From: an uncultured Acidobacteriota bacterium
Lineage (GTDB): Bacteria; Acidobacteriota; Thermoanaerobaculia; UBA5066; DATFVB01
NCBI GenBank assembly: GCA_963813155.1
Contig: CAWEYG010000001.1
Coordinates: 224,001 to 288,000 of the forward strand
Direction of reading: 5' to 3'
Length of the DNA stretch: 64,000 nt
The notes under the pieces are model-generated. The model had not been told where the DNA came from. It saw nothing but the letters and a program-made list of their open reading frames with translations, and ran no database searches. Made by a program: the position numbers and the translations under genes. Below are positions 20,389 through 29,509 of this stretch, in pieces (position 1 is the stretch's first letter; every line of letters starts with the position of its first letter).

Positions 20389-20404
20389 TGGCACTCGCGT
20401 TGCT
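20389..20404 (+). promoter_or_regulatory. Sigma54 -24/-12 promoter
   Basis: TGGCAC-TCGCG-TTGCT, a full consensus match ending 15 nt before the kinase ATG. Confidence 0.8.
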
Positions 20405-20419
20405 CATCGATAAAAACCG

Positions 20420-23110
20420 ATGAATCGGGCAAAGAGAATCATCGCTGGCGCGGCGTTCGCCATTTTTCTTTGCGGAGCGCTCGTCTTTTCCTTTCTCTCT
20501 TTCCAGCGAAAGATCGAGACTTTCACCCAGGCGGACTTCAACTCGCGCATCTTCCGCGGCTACATCGAGGTGATCACACCGCCCGATGCTCAGCTGGAAC
20601 CGGAGCTGCGTTCCGGCGACCGCATCGTTCTCGTGGACGGCCAGCCCGTCGCGGCCCTCGACAACCCGATTCGGACGATCTCCCGCCCGCCTTTCCCGCA
20701 CAAACTCGCCGTCGTGCGCGGAAACGACGTCGTCGAGGCGTCGCTCGGGGCGCCGCCCACCCGCATCGACCTCCCGTACCTGTTCCTGGCTTTCGTCGGC
20801 ATCCTTTCCCTCTTGATCGGCCTCGCGACGCTCGTTCGCGACCGGGCTTCCACCACCCTCCTCTTTGCATCCTTCTGCGTGAGCTCCTTCGCAATCTACG
20901 TTTTGACTCCGTCCGGACCCATCGACGGGCTCTGGAAGACGATCTGGCTGTCGGAAGACGTCTTTCGCGCGCTCGCGCCGGCGTTCCTCCTCCATTTCTT
21001 TCTGAGATTCCCGACGCCCGTCCGGCGGCGCGTGGCGGCAATCTACATCGCGCCCGCCCTCTACCTCGCGGGTGAAGCGATCGTTTCGTTTTCGCTGATT
21101 CCGATTCCGGCGGCGCGGCTTCCGTTTCTCGTGGAGCTGGTCGAGAGATTCTGGCTCGTCTACTTCGCGGTTTACGGCGCTGCCTCGGTGGCCCGGATCG
21201 CGGCCGCCGCGCGGAACGGAGCCGATGCGTCCTCGCAGAGGCAGGCCCGGTGGATCGCGCTCGGGACGGGGTTCGGGCTCTCGCCGTTCATTCTCCTGTA
21301 CGTCCTGCCGCGTCTCTTCGGGTATTCCGCCACCTGGGCTTCCTGCATCGGGGTGGTTCCGCTCGTCTTCCTCCCCCTCGGGTTTTCCTACGCGATTCTC
21401 AAGTGGCGGCTCTGGGACGTCGACGTGTTCGCGCGGGAAGCTGTCGCGACCACCGCCTCGGTGTTTCTCGGCGCGGCGTCGTTCGTCCTCGTCAATTCTC
21501 TGTTGAATCGCGTTCTCACCGGCTTCGCCTCGGGCGCCAAGAATTTCCTCGCTTTCGGTTCGGGAATCTTTCTCGCTTCGCTTCTCGTGCCGGTCAAGAG
21601 ACGTTTCTCGAACGCGATCGAGAGGTTCCAGTACGGCGAGACCTACCGCGCGAGGCGCGCGCTGCTCGATTTCGCCCGGGAGTGGAGAGGGGTGCGGGAA
21701 GCCGACATCCTCGCCGAGGCGCTCGCCTCGAGCGTCGGCGAAGCCCTGAAGATCTCCCCGTGTCGGATGTTTCTTCTCGACCGGCCACTCCCGCCGGGCA
21801 TATCGCGCGAGGCGCTCGTCGAGAGACTCTCCGCGGAAGACGGGCTGCGAATCCGCTCGGCGACCTTCCCGTCGGGAGAAGATCTCACCTTCCTCCGGCT
21901 TTTCGAGGACGGATTCCGATATCTCTTCGCTCTCAAATCGGGAGGCCGGATCGCCGGCGCTCTCGCCGCAGGCCTCAAAGAGGGGCGCGTGCCGCTGTCG
22001 ACCGAAGATCGCGCCCTCCTCGTCACGGTCCTCTCCCAGGCCTCTCTCGCGTTCGAAAATGCGGAGCTGTACCGGACGCTCGAGAAGCGGATGGAGGAGA
22101 TCCGCACGCTCCAGGAATTTCAGCAGGAAGTCATCCGCTCCTCGTCGGCGGGAATCGTCGTCTGCGCGGAGGACGGCAAGCTCGTCTCCGCGAACCCCGC
22201 CTTCGAGAAACTCGCCGGCCGGGCGGAAACGGACCTCGTCGGCCGGCCCCTCTCGGAGCTCTTTCCCGCCACGCCGGAGTTCACCGCCGACGCGGCGGAA
22301 CAGTCCTTCGAGACCCGCGCCCCGGGCTCCGACGGATCGGACCGAATCTACCGCGTCGCGATCTCCCCCCTTCGCGGTTCGGTAAGCTCGCGGGTCGTCC
22401 TGTTCGACGACATCAGCGAGCGCGTCGCGATCGAGAAAGGCCTCTCGGAGCGGGAGCGCCTCGCCTCGCTTGGAGTGCTCGCCGCCGGGGTCGCGCATGA
22501 GGTCAACACGCCGCTCGCGGGGATTTCGTCCTACGCGCAGATGCTCCTCGCCGACACCGACCGAAACGATCCGCGGTACGACATCCTCAAGAAGATGGAA
22601 CGGCAGACGTTTCGCGCCTCGCGGCTCGTCGGGAATCTCCTGGAATTCGCGCGCGGGCGGCACGGAGCGCACAGCGAGATCGACCTCTCGAAGGTGATCG
22701 CCGACGCGATCGAGTCGAGCGAGCCGGCCCTCTCGCCGCGGCAGATTCGCATCGAAACGAGCGGGCTGGAGAGGACGCGGCCCGCGAATGGAAACGCGAG
22801 GGAGCTCGAGCAGGTCTTCGTCAACCTTCTGATCAACGCGCGCGACGTCTCCCCGGATGGCGCGGCCGTTTCTGTGTCCGTCGAGGAGAACGGCTCCGGC
22901 TACGTCGTGGAGGTGGCGGACCGCGGAAAGGGACTGACCGAGGAGGAAGCTCGCCGGGCATTCGAGCCGTTCTTCACGACGCGCCAATCCGGCGGCACGG
23001 GCCTGGGACTCGCCATCGCGCGCGAGATCGTCGAGCGTCACTCGGGGCAGATCCGCCTCGATCCGCGGGTGGGGGGCGGCGCCGTGGCCCGCGTCTCCCT
23101 TCCCGGGTAA
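20420..23110 (+). CDS. Membrane sensor histidine kinase (periplasmic PDZ, multi-TM, GAF, PAS, HisKA, HATPase)
   Basis: PDZ-like LRSGDRIVLVDG; H box AAGVAHEVNTPL; N box QVFVNLLINA; DRGKG; FEPFFTT; GTGLGL. Confidence 0.9.
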   Translation: MNRAKRIIAGAAFAIFLCGALVFSFLSFQRKIETFTQADFNSRIFRGYIEVITPPDAQLEPELRSGDRIVLVDGQPVAALDNPIRTISRPPFPHKLAVVRGNDVVEASLGAPPTRIDLPYLFLAFVGILSLLIGLATLVRDRASTTLLFASFCVSSFAIYVLTPSGPIDGLWKTIWLSEDVFRALAPAFLLHFFLRFPTPVRRRVAAIYIAPALYLAGEAIVSFSLIPIPAARLPFLVELVERFWLVYFAVYGAASVARIAAAARNGADASSQRQARWIALGTGFGLSPFILLYVLPRLFGYSATWASCIGVVPLVFLPLGFSYAILKWRLWDVDVFAREAVATTASVFLGAASFVLVNSLLNRVLTGFASGAKNFLAFGSGIFLASLLVPVKRRFSNAIERFQYGETYRARRALLDFAREWRGVREADILAEALASSVGEALKISPCRMFLLDRPLPPGISREALVERLSAEDGLRIRSATFPSGEDLTFLRLFEDGFRYLFALKSGGRIAGALAAGLKEGRVPLSTEDRALLVTVLSQASLAFENAELYRTLEKRMEEIRTLQEFQQEVIRSSSAGIVVCAEDGKLVSANPAFEKLAGRAETDLVGRPLSELFPATPEFTADAAEQSFETRAPGSDGSDRIYRVAISPLRGSVSSRVVLFDDISERVAIEKGLSERERLASLGVLAAGVAHEVNTPLAGISSYAQMLLADTDRNDPRYDILKKMERQTFRASRLVGNLLEFARGRHGAHSEIDLSKVIADAIESSEPALSPRQIRIETSGLERTRPANGNARELEQVFVNLLINARDVSPDGAAVSVSVEENGSGYVVEVADRGKGLTEEEARRAFEPFFTTRQSGGTGLGLAIAREIVERHSGQIRLDPRVGGGAVARVSLPG

Positions 23111-23119
23111 GATCGATCC

Positions 23120-24541
23120 ATGCACGTTCTCGTCGTCGACGATGAAGAGGTCCTTCGGGACGTCCTCTCTTCGCTCCTGAAACGGGAGGGACACAAAGTG
23201 CGGGCGACGGCGACCGCCGCCGCGGCGCTCGCGGCTTTCGAGGAAGAGACCTTCGACGTCGTTCTCCTCGACCTGATGCTCCCCGACCGTCCCGGCCTCG
23301 AAGTCCTGCGGGAGATGCGCCGGCGCGATCCGGCGGCCGTCGTCGTCGTGATCACCGCGTACTCGTCGATCGAAAACGCGATCCTCGCCATGCGGGAGGG
23401 AGCTTTCCACTACCTTCCGAAGCCCTTTCAAAACGAGGAAGTCGTGCTCACGGTCCGGAAGGGCGGCGAGCAGCGGCGCCTCGCGGACGAGAACCGGCGC
23501 CTCCAGGCGGAGCTCTCACAACGCCGCGGGCTCGACCGTATCGTGGGCAAGTCCGCCCCGATGCAGAAGGTGTTCGAGTTGATCCGAATGGCGGCGCCCT
23601 CGAAATCGACGATTCTGATCGAGGGCGAATCGGGCACGGGCAAGGAGCTCGTGGCCAAGGCGATCCACCAGCTCAGCGCGCGCGCATCGAGCCCGTTCGT
23701 GACGGTGAATTCCGGCTCGATGCCGGCCGACCTGCTGGAGTCCAACCTCTTCGGCCACGTGCGGGGGGCCTTTACCGGAGCGATCAACCACAAGAAAGGT
23801 CTCTTCGAAGTCGCGGACAGCGGCACGCTCTTCTTCGACGAGATCGGGACGGTTTCCATGGACACGCAGGCGAAGCTCCTGCGGGTGATCCAGGAACGCG
23901 AGTTCATGCGCGTCGGCGCGACCGAAACCCAGAAGTCCGACGTCCGCATCCTCGCGGCCACCAACAGCGACTTGAAGCGCCTCGTGGCCGAAGGCCGTTT
24001 CCGGGAAGACCTCTATTATCGCCTTTGCGTGATCCGGGTCGCGCTCCCCTCGCTGCGCGAAAGGAAAGAAGACCTTCCGCTCCTCATCGACCACTTCCTG
24101 CGGCTCTACGCGAACGAGAACCACAAACCCATTTCGGGAATCGAGCCGGACGCGCTGAAGGCGCTCTACAACCACCACTGGCCCGGAAACGTCCGGGAGC
24201 TCGAGAACGCGATCGAGAGGTCCGTCGTGCTGTGCGCGGGCTCGACCATCGGGATCGATCTCCTGCCCGAAGGCGTTTTCGCGCCCGAGGATTCTTCCGC
24301 CGGCATCGCGATTCCCGCGGAAGGCCTTTCCTACCGGGAAGCGGTCGAGCACTTCGAGAAGCGGCTCGTGGTTTCCGCGCTGAAGCGGGCGGGCGGCGTC
24401 CAGAAGAAAGCGGCGGAGCTCCTCAAGACGCGCCCCACGACATTGCACGAAATCATCAAGCGCCTCGGTCTGGGCAGCCGCGAGCTTCCGGCTCCCGCGA
24501 ACGAGTCGGTCGCGGATACTCCAGTCGGCGCGCCGGAATAG
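23120..24541 (+). CDS. NtrC-family sigma54-dependent response regulator
   Basis: Receiver VVDDE...LLDLMLP; GESGTGKE; intact GAFTGA; FFDEIG; WPGNVRELEN; Fis-type HTH. Confidence 0.95.
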   Translation: MHVLVVDDEEVLRDVLSSLLKREGHKVRATATAAAALAAFEEETFDVVLLDLMLPDRPGLEVLREMRRRDPAAVVVVITAYSSIENAILAMREGAFHYLPKPFQNEEVVLTVRKGGEQRRLADENRRLQAELSQRRGLDRIVGKSAPMQKVFELIRMAAPSKSTILIEGESGTGKELVAKAIHQLSARASSPFVTVNSGSMPADLLESNLFGHVRGAFTGAINHKKGLFEVADSGTLFFDEIGTVSMDTQAKLLRVIQEREFMRVGATETQKSDVRILAATNSDLKRLVAEGRFREDLYYRLCVIRVALPSLRERKEDLPLLIDHFLRLYANENHKPISGIEPDALKALYNHHWPGNVRELENAIERSVVLCAGSTIGIDLLPEGVFAPEDSSAGIAIPAEGLSYREAVEHFEKRLVVSALKRAGGVQKKAAELLKTRPTTLHEIIKRLGLGSRELPAPANESVADTPVGAPE

Positions 24542-24562
24542 GCCGAGGCGGGACGAACCCGC

Positions 24563-26212
24563 TCAGCCGGTTCGGCGAACGAGCACGATCGTTCGGTCGT
24601 CGCCGAACGGTGTGTCCTTCGCGAAGCGGTCGAGCTCGCGAAACAGTTCGGTATCGATTTCTTCGAGGCCGCCCTTCAGGTTCTTGCCGGCGAACTGCCG
24701 CAACCGCTCGACGCCGAACTCCTCGTCCTCGGGACTCGCGGCCTCGGTGATCCCGTCGGTGTACAGCATGAGAAGGTCGCCTGTTTCCATCGAGATTTTC
24801 GAGGACGGGTACGGCTGAGGGAACAGGGCGAGCGGGCGCCCGTGCGTCGGAAGGAGTTGGATCTCCCCGTTCGCCTTGGTCCAGAGCGGCGGATTGTGGC
24901 CGGCGTTGACGTATTCGACTTCCCCGGTGACGCCGTCGCAAAGCAGGAAGAACGCGGTGATGAAACGGCCCTCGGCCGTGCGCGCGGCGAGCCTTTCGGA
25001 GAGCCGCGTCACCATCAGGGGCAGCGGCATCGATTCGTCGGTCCACGCCGAGAACGTCGCCTGCAGCCACGCCATCAGGAGAGCGGGGCCGACTCCCTTG
25101 CCGCACACGTCGGCGATCACGACGTAGAGCTTCCCGTCGGGCCCGATCCGGAAATCGTAATAGTCGCCCGACACCTCTTTGGACGGAACGTTCACGCCGA
25201 GCAGCTCGAACCCGGGATACTCCGGCGGCTCGTCGGGAAGGAGCTTCTGCTGGATCTCGCGCGCGAGGTTGAAGTCCCGTTCCATCCTCTTCTTGTCCGC
25301 GGCCTCCAGAGAGAGCGCGGCGTTCTGGATCTTCGCGGCCGCGACGTTCGCGAGCGAGGTCAGGAGGCGCAGGTCGTCTTCGGTGTAGGTCTTCTTTCCG
25401 AGACGGCTGTCGACGTAAATCAGCCCGACGACCTCGCCGCCGTTCTCGAGCGGGGCCGCCAGGATCGACTTGATCCCGGAAAGGCGGATGGACTGCGCCA
25501 TGTTCACGCCTTCCTGCCCCGCGTCCATGATCAGCAGTCCCTGCCGCTTCTCGAGCACGGTCGAAACGAGGGTCTGCGAGAGCCGGATCTCTTCGCCCGA
25601 CTCCCCTTCGGCGGACTTCGCGACCGCCGTCTCGAGAGTGCCCTTGTTCCGAAGCAGGATGACGCCGCGGTCCGGACGCAGGCACTCGAAGACGCGATCC
25701 ATGAGGAACACCATCATGTCGTTGATCGGCACGTCCTTGATCAGCTCGAGCGTCATTTCGTTGACGACTCGCATCGACTCAACGAGCCGGGCCAGCTGGG
25801 TCGCGGGCAGGCTCGGGTCGGTGTAATGGGGCTGCACCCGGAGCAGCGAAGCTTCGGCGCGAAAGACCGTCGCGTCGCCCGGGTCGAACCGCTGGGCCGG
25901 ATCGATTTGAACCTGCGTCGTCGAATTCCGCGAGACCGTCAGGGTACAGCTCCCGATCGTCACGCGGTCCCCTTCGCCGAAAGGGCGCGCGCCGGTCAAC
26001 CGCTCGCCGTTGAAGAACGTTCCGTTTCGGGACTCCAGATCCTCGACCGACAACCCTTCCCCCTCGCGGAGGATTCGAGCGTGCCGGCGGGAGAGGCTCT
26101 TGTCGGCCAGGACCACGTCGTTGAACGACGATCGGCCGAGGGTCGTGACGGGCTTGTCGAGAGCCACGCGCCGGGACTCTTCCCCGGGAACTTCGATCTT
26201 CAGGCTGAACAT
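24563..26212 (-). CDS. FHA-GAF-PP2C (SpoIIE/RsbU-type) phosphatase
   Basis: FHA LGRS...LSRRHA...DLESRNGT; LAREIQQKLLP, SGDYYD, ADVCGKG, YTDGITE, DDRT. Confidence 0.9.
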   Translation of the reverse strand: MFSLKIEVPGEESRRVALDKPVTTLGRSSFNDVVLADKSLSRRHARILREGEGLSVEDLESRNGTFFNGERLTGARPFGEGDRVTIGSCTLTVSRNSTTQVQIDPAQRFDPGDATVFRAEASLLRVQPHYTDPSLPATQLARLVESMRVVNEMTLELIKDVPINDMMVFLMDRVFECLRPDRGVILLRNKGTLETAVAKSAEGESGEEIRLSQTLVSTVLEKRQGLLIMDAGQEGVNMAQSIRLSGIKSILAAPLENGGEVVGLIYVDSRLGKKTYTEDDLRLLTSLANVAAAKIQNAALSLEAADKKRMERDFNLAREIQQKLLPDEPPEYPGFELLGVNVPSKEVSGDYYDFRIGPDGKLYVVIADVCGKGVGPALLMAWLQATFSAWTDESMPLPLMVTRLSERLAARTAEGRFITAFFLLCDGVTGEVEYVNAGHNPPLWTKANGEIQLLPTHGRPLALFPQPYPSSKISMETGDLLMLYTDGITEAASPEDEEFGVERLRQFAGKNLKGGLEEIDTELFRELDRFAKDTPFGDDRTIVLVRRTG

Positions 26213-26363
26213 CGACGCTATTCTAGCTGTCTCCCGCCCGGGCCGCCCCCGGGAATTCCGGGGGGCGAAAAAACGTTCTTGAGGACCGGCGGCTTTTTGA
26301 TTATTATCATGGTTTTGGTTCAGGGAAGAGACGAACCAGAGAGACGGAAAAGGGACGAACGAG

Positions 26364-26573
26364 ATGAAGAAAAACCTGCACCCCGAATACCACGAGGTCC
26401 TCGTCCACTGCGCGTGCGGCGAGACGTTCAACACCCGGTCGACGAAGAAGGAGCTGCGGCTCGAAATCTGCAGCAAATGCCACCCCTTCTTCACGGGGAA
26501 GCAAAAGCTGGTCGATTCCGCGGGACGCGTCGAACGGTTCCAGAAGCGTTACCAGAAGCGCGCGAACGCCTGA
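26364..26573 (+). CDS. rpmE: 50S ribosomal protein L31 (zinc-binding type)
   Basis: MKKNLHPEY...CACG...[24 protein letters not shown]. Confidence 0.97.
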   Translation: MKKNLHPEYHEVLVHCACGETFNTRSTKKELRLEICSKCHPFFTGKQKLVDSAGRVERFQKRYQKRANA

Positions 26574-26576
26574 TCC

Positions 26577-27527
26577 ATGCCCTCTGACGCTTACACTCTC
26601 AATCCCGACATGCTGGTCGGGGGCCAGGCCGTTCTGGAGGGAGTGATGATGCGCTCGGCGCGCGGGTACGCCGTGGCCGTGCGGCGTCCGGACGGGACCC
26701 TCGTTTTCGACCGGGACGAGATCCATGCCCCCTCGGCGAAGTTTCGGCCCCTCAGGTGGCCGGTGCTTCGCGGCTCGACGATCCTGATTCAATCCCTGCT
26801 GCTCGGCTTCCGGGCCCTTTCGTTCGCGGCGCACCATTCGGTCCCCGAATCGTCCCGTCCGGAGGGGTCGGCGGACCGGGCGAGCCGCGCCGCGATCGCC
26901 GCCAGCCTGGCCGTGGCCGTCCTCTTCGGGCTCGGCCTCTTTCTGTTCCTCCCGCTCCTCCTGACGAACCTCGTCAAGGCCCGTTTTTCCCCGGGCCTCG
27001 GCACGCTCGCCTTCAACGCCGTCGACGGCGGAATCCGGGTTCTTTTCTTCTTCGGGTACCTCGCCGCGATCTCGAAGCTGGCCGACATCCGCCGGGTGTT
27101 CGAATACCACGGAGCCGAGCACAAGGTGGTCTACACGTTCGAGGCGGGAGAGGACCTGACGGTGGAAAACGCTTCCCGCAAATCGCGCCTGCACCCGCGC
27201 TGCGGAACGTCGTTTCTCCTGTTCGTGCTCGCGATCTCGATCGCGGTCTTCGCGCTCATTCCGTCGTCCGCGCCGTTCCTGGTGAAGCTCGCTTCGAGAA
27301 TCGTGTTCATCCCCGTCATCGCCGGCCTCGCGTACGAAACCATCCGGTTCTCGTCGAAGCACGTCGATTCCCCCGTCTTTCGGTTCCTGATCACGCCGGG
27401 CCTGTGGCTTCAGCGGATCACGACGCGCGAGCCGTCCGCCGACCAGATCGAAGTCGCGATCGCGGCCCTCCGGGAGGCCCTGACGTTCGACCTCGCTTCG
27501 GCCACCCCGCAAGCCGCCGTCCTCTAG
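26577..27527 (+). CDS. DUF1385 membrane protein
   Basis: GGQAVLEGVMMR, YHGAEHK, HPRCGTSF, GLWLQRITTREP; usual position between rpmE and prfA. Confidence 0.9.
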   Translation: MPSDAYTLNPDMLVGGQAVLEGVMMRSARGYAVAVRRPDGTLVFDRDEIHAPSAKFRPLRWPVLRGSTILIQSLLLGFRALSFAAHHSVPESSRPEGSADRASRAAIAASLAVAVLFGLGLFLFLPLLLTNLVKARFSPGLGTLAFNAVDGGIRVLFFFGYLAAISKLADIRRVFEYHGAEHKVVYTFEAGEDLTVENASRKSRLHPRCGTSFLLFVLAISIAVFALIPSSAPFLVKLASRIVFIPVIAGLAYETIRFSSKHVDSPVFRFLITPGLWLQRITTREPSADQIEVAIAALREALTFDLASATPQAAVL

Positions 27528-27573
27528 CGCGTTCCGCGGCCGAGGGCGCGGAACGAGGAAAAGAGGAATCGGA

Positions 27574-28653
27574 ATGATCGACAAGCTCCAGGAAATCGAA
27601 AAAAAATACACGAGCCTCCAGGCGCGGCTCGAAGATCCGGCTGTCGCCCAGGATTACGCCGCGGTGCGCGACACCCAGAAGGCGCTGACCGAGTTCCAGC
27701 CCATCGTCGAGAAGTATCGCGAATACCGCAAAACGAAGGCCGACTGGGACGGGGCCCAGGAGCTCCTTTCGTCGACCGGCGCCGGCGAGGAGCTCCACGC
27801 CCTCGCGGAGTCGGAATCGTCCGAGCTCCGCCAGAAATTGGCCGCGATCGAGGAAGATCTGCGGCTCCTTCTGGTTCCCCGGGACCCGAACGATTCGAAG
27901 AACGTCATCCTCGAAATCCGCGGCGGCACGGGCGGCGAGGAAGCCTCACTGTTCGCTGGCGACCTCCTGCGCATGTACCAGAGATACGCGGAGAACAACC
28001 GGTGGAAGTTCGAAATGATCGATCTCGAGGAGACCGGCCTTCGCGGCGTGAAGTCCGCGACGGCCATCGTCGAGGGCGCGGGGGCTTACTCCCGCCTGAA
28101 GTACGAGGGAGGGGTTCATCGGGTTCAGCGGGTGCCCCAGACGGAGGCTTCCGGCCGGATCCACACCTCGGCCGCGACCGTCGCCGTCCTGCCCGAAGCG
28201 GAGGACGTCGACATCGAAGTCAGCGATAAGGACATCCGCGTCGACCGCTTCTGCGCGTCCGGCCCCGGAGGCCAGGGCGTGAACACGACCTACTCGGCGG
28301 TCCGCCTGACTCACCTGCCGACGGGGATCGTCGTCCAGTGCCAGGACGAGCGATCGCAGATCAAGAACAAGGCGAAGGCCATGCGCGTGCTCAAGGCGCG
28401 GCTTCTCGAAGCCGAACAGGAAAAACAGCAGGGCTCGATCGCCGCGGAGCGCAAGAAGATGGTCGGCTCGGGAGACCGGTCGGAGAAGATTCGAACCTAC
28501 AACTTCCCCCAGTCGCGCGTCACGGACCATCGAATCGGAGTCACTTCGCATCGCCTCCAGGAAATCCTCGACGGCCGGCTCGACGAGCTCATCGAGCCGC
28601 TCACGTCCCACTTCCGCGCGGAAAAACTCAAAGAGCAGCTCGCGTCGGCCTAA
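27574..28653 (+). CDS. prfA: Peptide chain release factor 1
   Basis: GGQ motif, PxT anticodon motif (RVPQTE), GDRSEKIRTYNFPQ. Confidence 0.97.
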   Translation: MIDKLQEIEKKYTSLQARLEDPAVAQDYAAVRDTQKALTEFQPIVEKYREYRKTKADWDGAQELLSSTGAGEELHALAESESSELRQKLAAIEEDLRLLLVPRDPNDSKNVILEIRGGTGGEEASLFAGDLLRMYQRYAENNRWKFEMIDLEETGLRGVKSATAIVEGAGAYSRLKYEGGVHRVQRVPQTEASGRIHTSAATVAVLPEAEDVDIEVSDKDIRVDRFCASGPGGQGVNTTYSAVRLTHLPTGIVVQCQDERSQIKNKAKAMRVLKARLLEAEQEKQQGSIAAERKKMVGSGDRSEKIRTYNFPQSRVTDHRIGVTSHRLQEILDGRLDELIEPLTSHFRAEKLKEQLASA

Positions 28654-28660
28654 GCGCGCC

Positions 28661-29497
28661 ATGGGCACCGTCGGCCGGCTCCTCGAGACGATCGCGGCGG
28701 CGGATCCCGACGCGAAGCGGGATGCGCGCATCCTCCTTTCGCATGTCCTCGGAAGGGGGCCGCTGGCGTTCTCCCCCGACGAGGTTCTGTCCGGCGCCCA
28801 GGAATCCCTTTTCGGCGAGCTCTGGGCGCGCCGCCGTTCCGGCGAGCCCGCCCAGTACATCCTCGGCGAGTGGGACTTCTTCGGCCGGACTTTTCGGGTC
28901 GATTCCCGGGCGCTGATCCCGCGCCCCGAAACCGAGCACCTGGTCGAAGAGGCGCTTCGCGAAGCGCCGGACGCGGAATCGATTCTCGACCTCGGGTGCG
29001 GAAGCGGAATCGTCGCCGTGACCCTCGCGCTGGAACGGCCGCGAGCGACCGTCGTCGCGATCGACCTCTCGCCGGAAGCGCTCGCGCTTTCCCGCGAGAA
29101 CGCGCGCCGGCACGGGGTTCTCGGCCGGGTGCATCTCGCCGGCTCCGACTGGCTCGCGGCCGTGGGCTCCGCGCGATTCGAGCTCGCCGTCTCGAATCCG
29201 CCTTACGTCTCGCTCGACGAGCGCGAAAGCCTTCCGGAGAGCGTGCGGAGCTTCGAGCCCCACCGCGCGCTTTTCGCGCGGGACGGCGGTCTCTCCGAGA
29301 TTCGGGCGATTCTCGACGGTCTTCCCCGATCCGTCGTCCCCGGCGGCGCGTTCCTGTTCGAATTCGGATTCGGCCAGGAGAACGCGGTCTCGAGAGAAAT
29401 CCTCTCGCGCAACGCCTGGGAGCTTCGCCGAATCGTGCCCGACCTTTCCTCGATTCCCCGCGTCGCCGTCCTGCGCCGGGCTGAACCCGCGGGATAA
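28661..29497 (+). CDS. prmC: Release factor glutamine methyltransferase
   Basis: LIPRPETE, LDLGCGSG, SNPPY; follows prfA. Confidence 0.95.
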   Translation: MGTVGRLLETIAAADPDAKRDARILLSHVLGRGPLAFSPDEVLSGAQESLFGELWARRRSGEPAQYILGEWDFFGRTFRVDSRALIPRPETEHLVEEALREAPDAESILDLGCGSGIVAVTLALERPRATVVAIDLSPEALALSRENARRHGVLGRVHLAGSDWLAAVGSARFELAVSNPPYVSLDERESLPESVRSFEPHRALFARDGGLSEIRAILDGLPRSVVPGGAFLFEFGFGQENAVSREILSRNAWELRRIVPDLSSIPRVAVLRRAEPAG

Positions 29498-29509
29498 GAT
29501 CCGCGAGCC

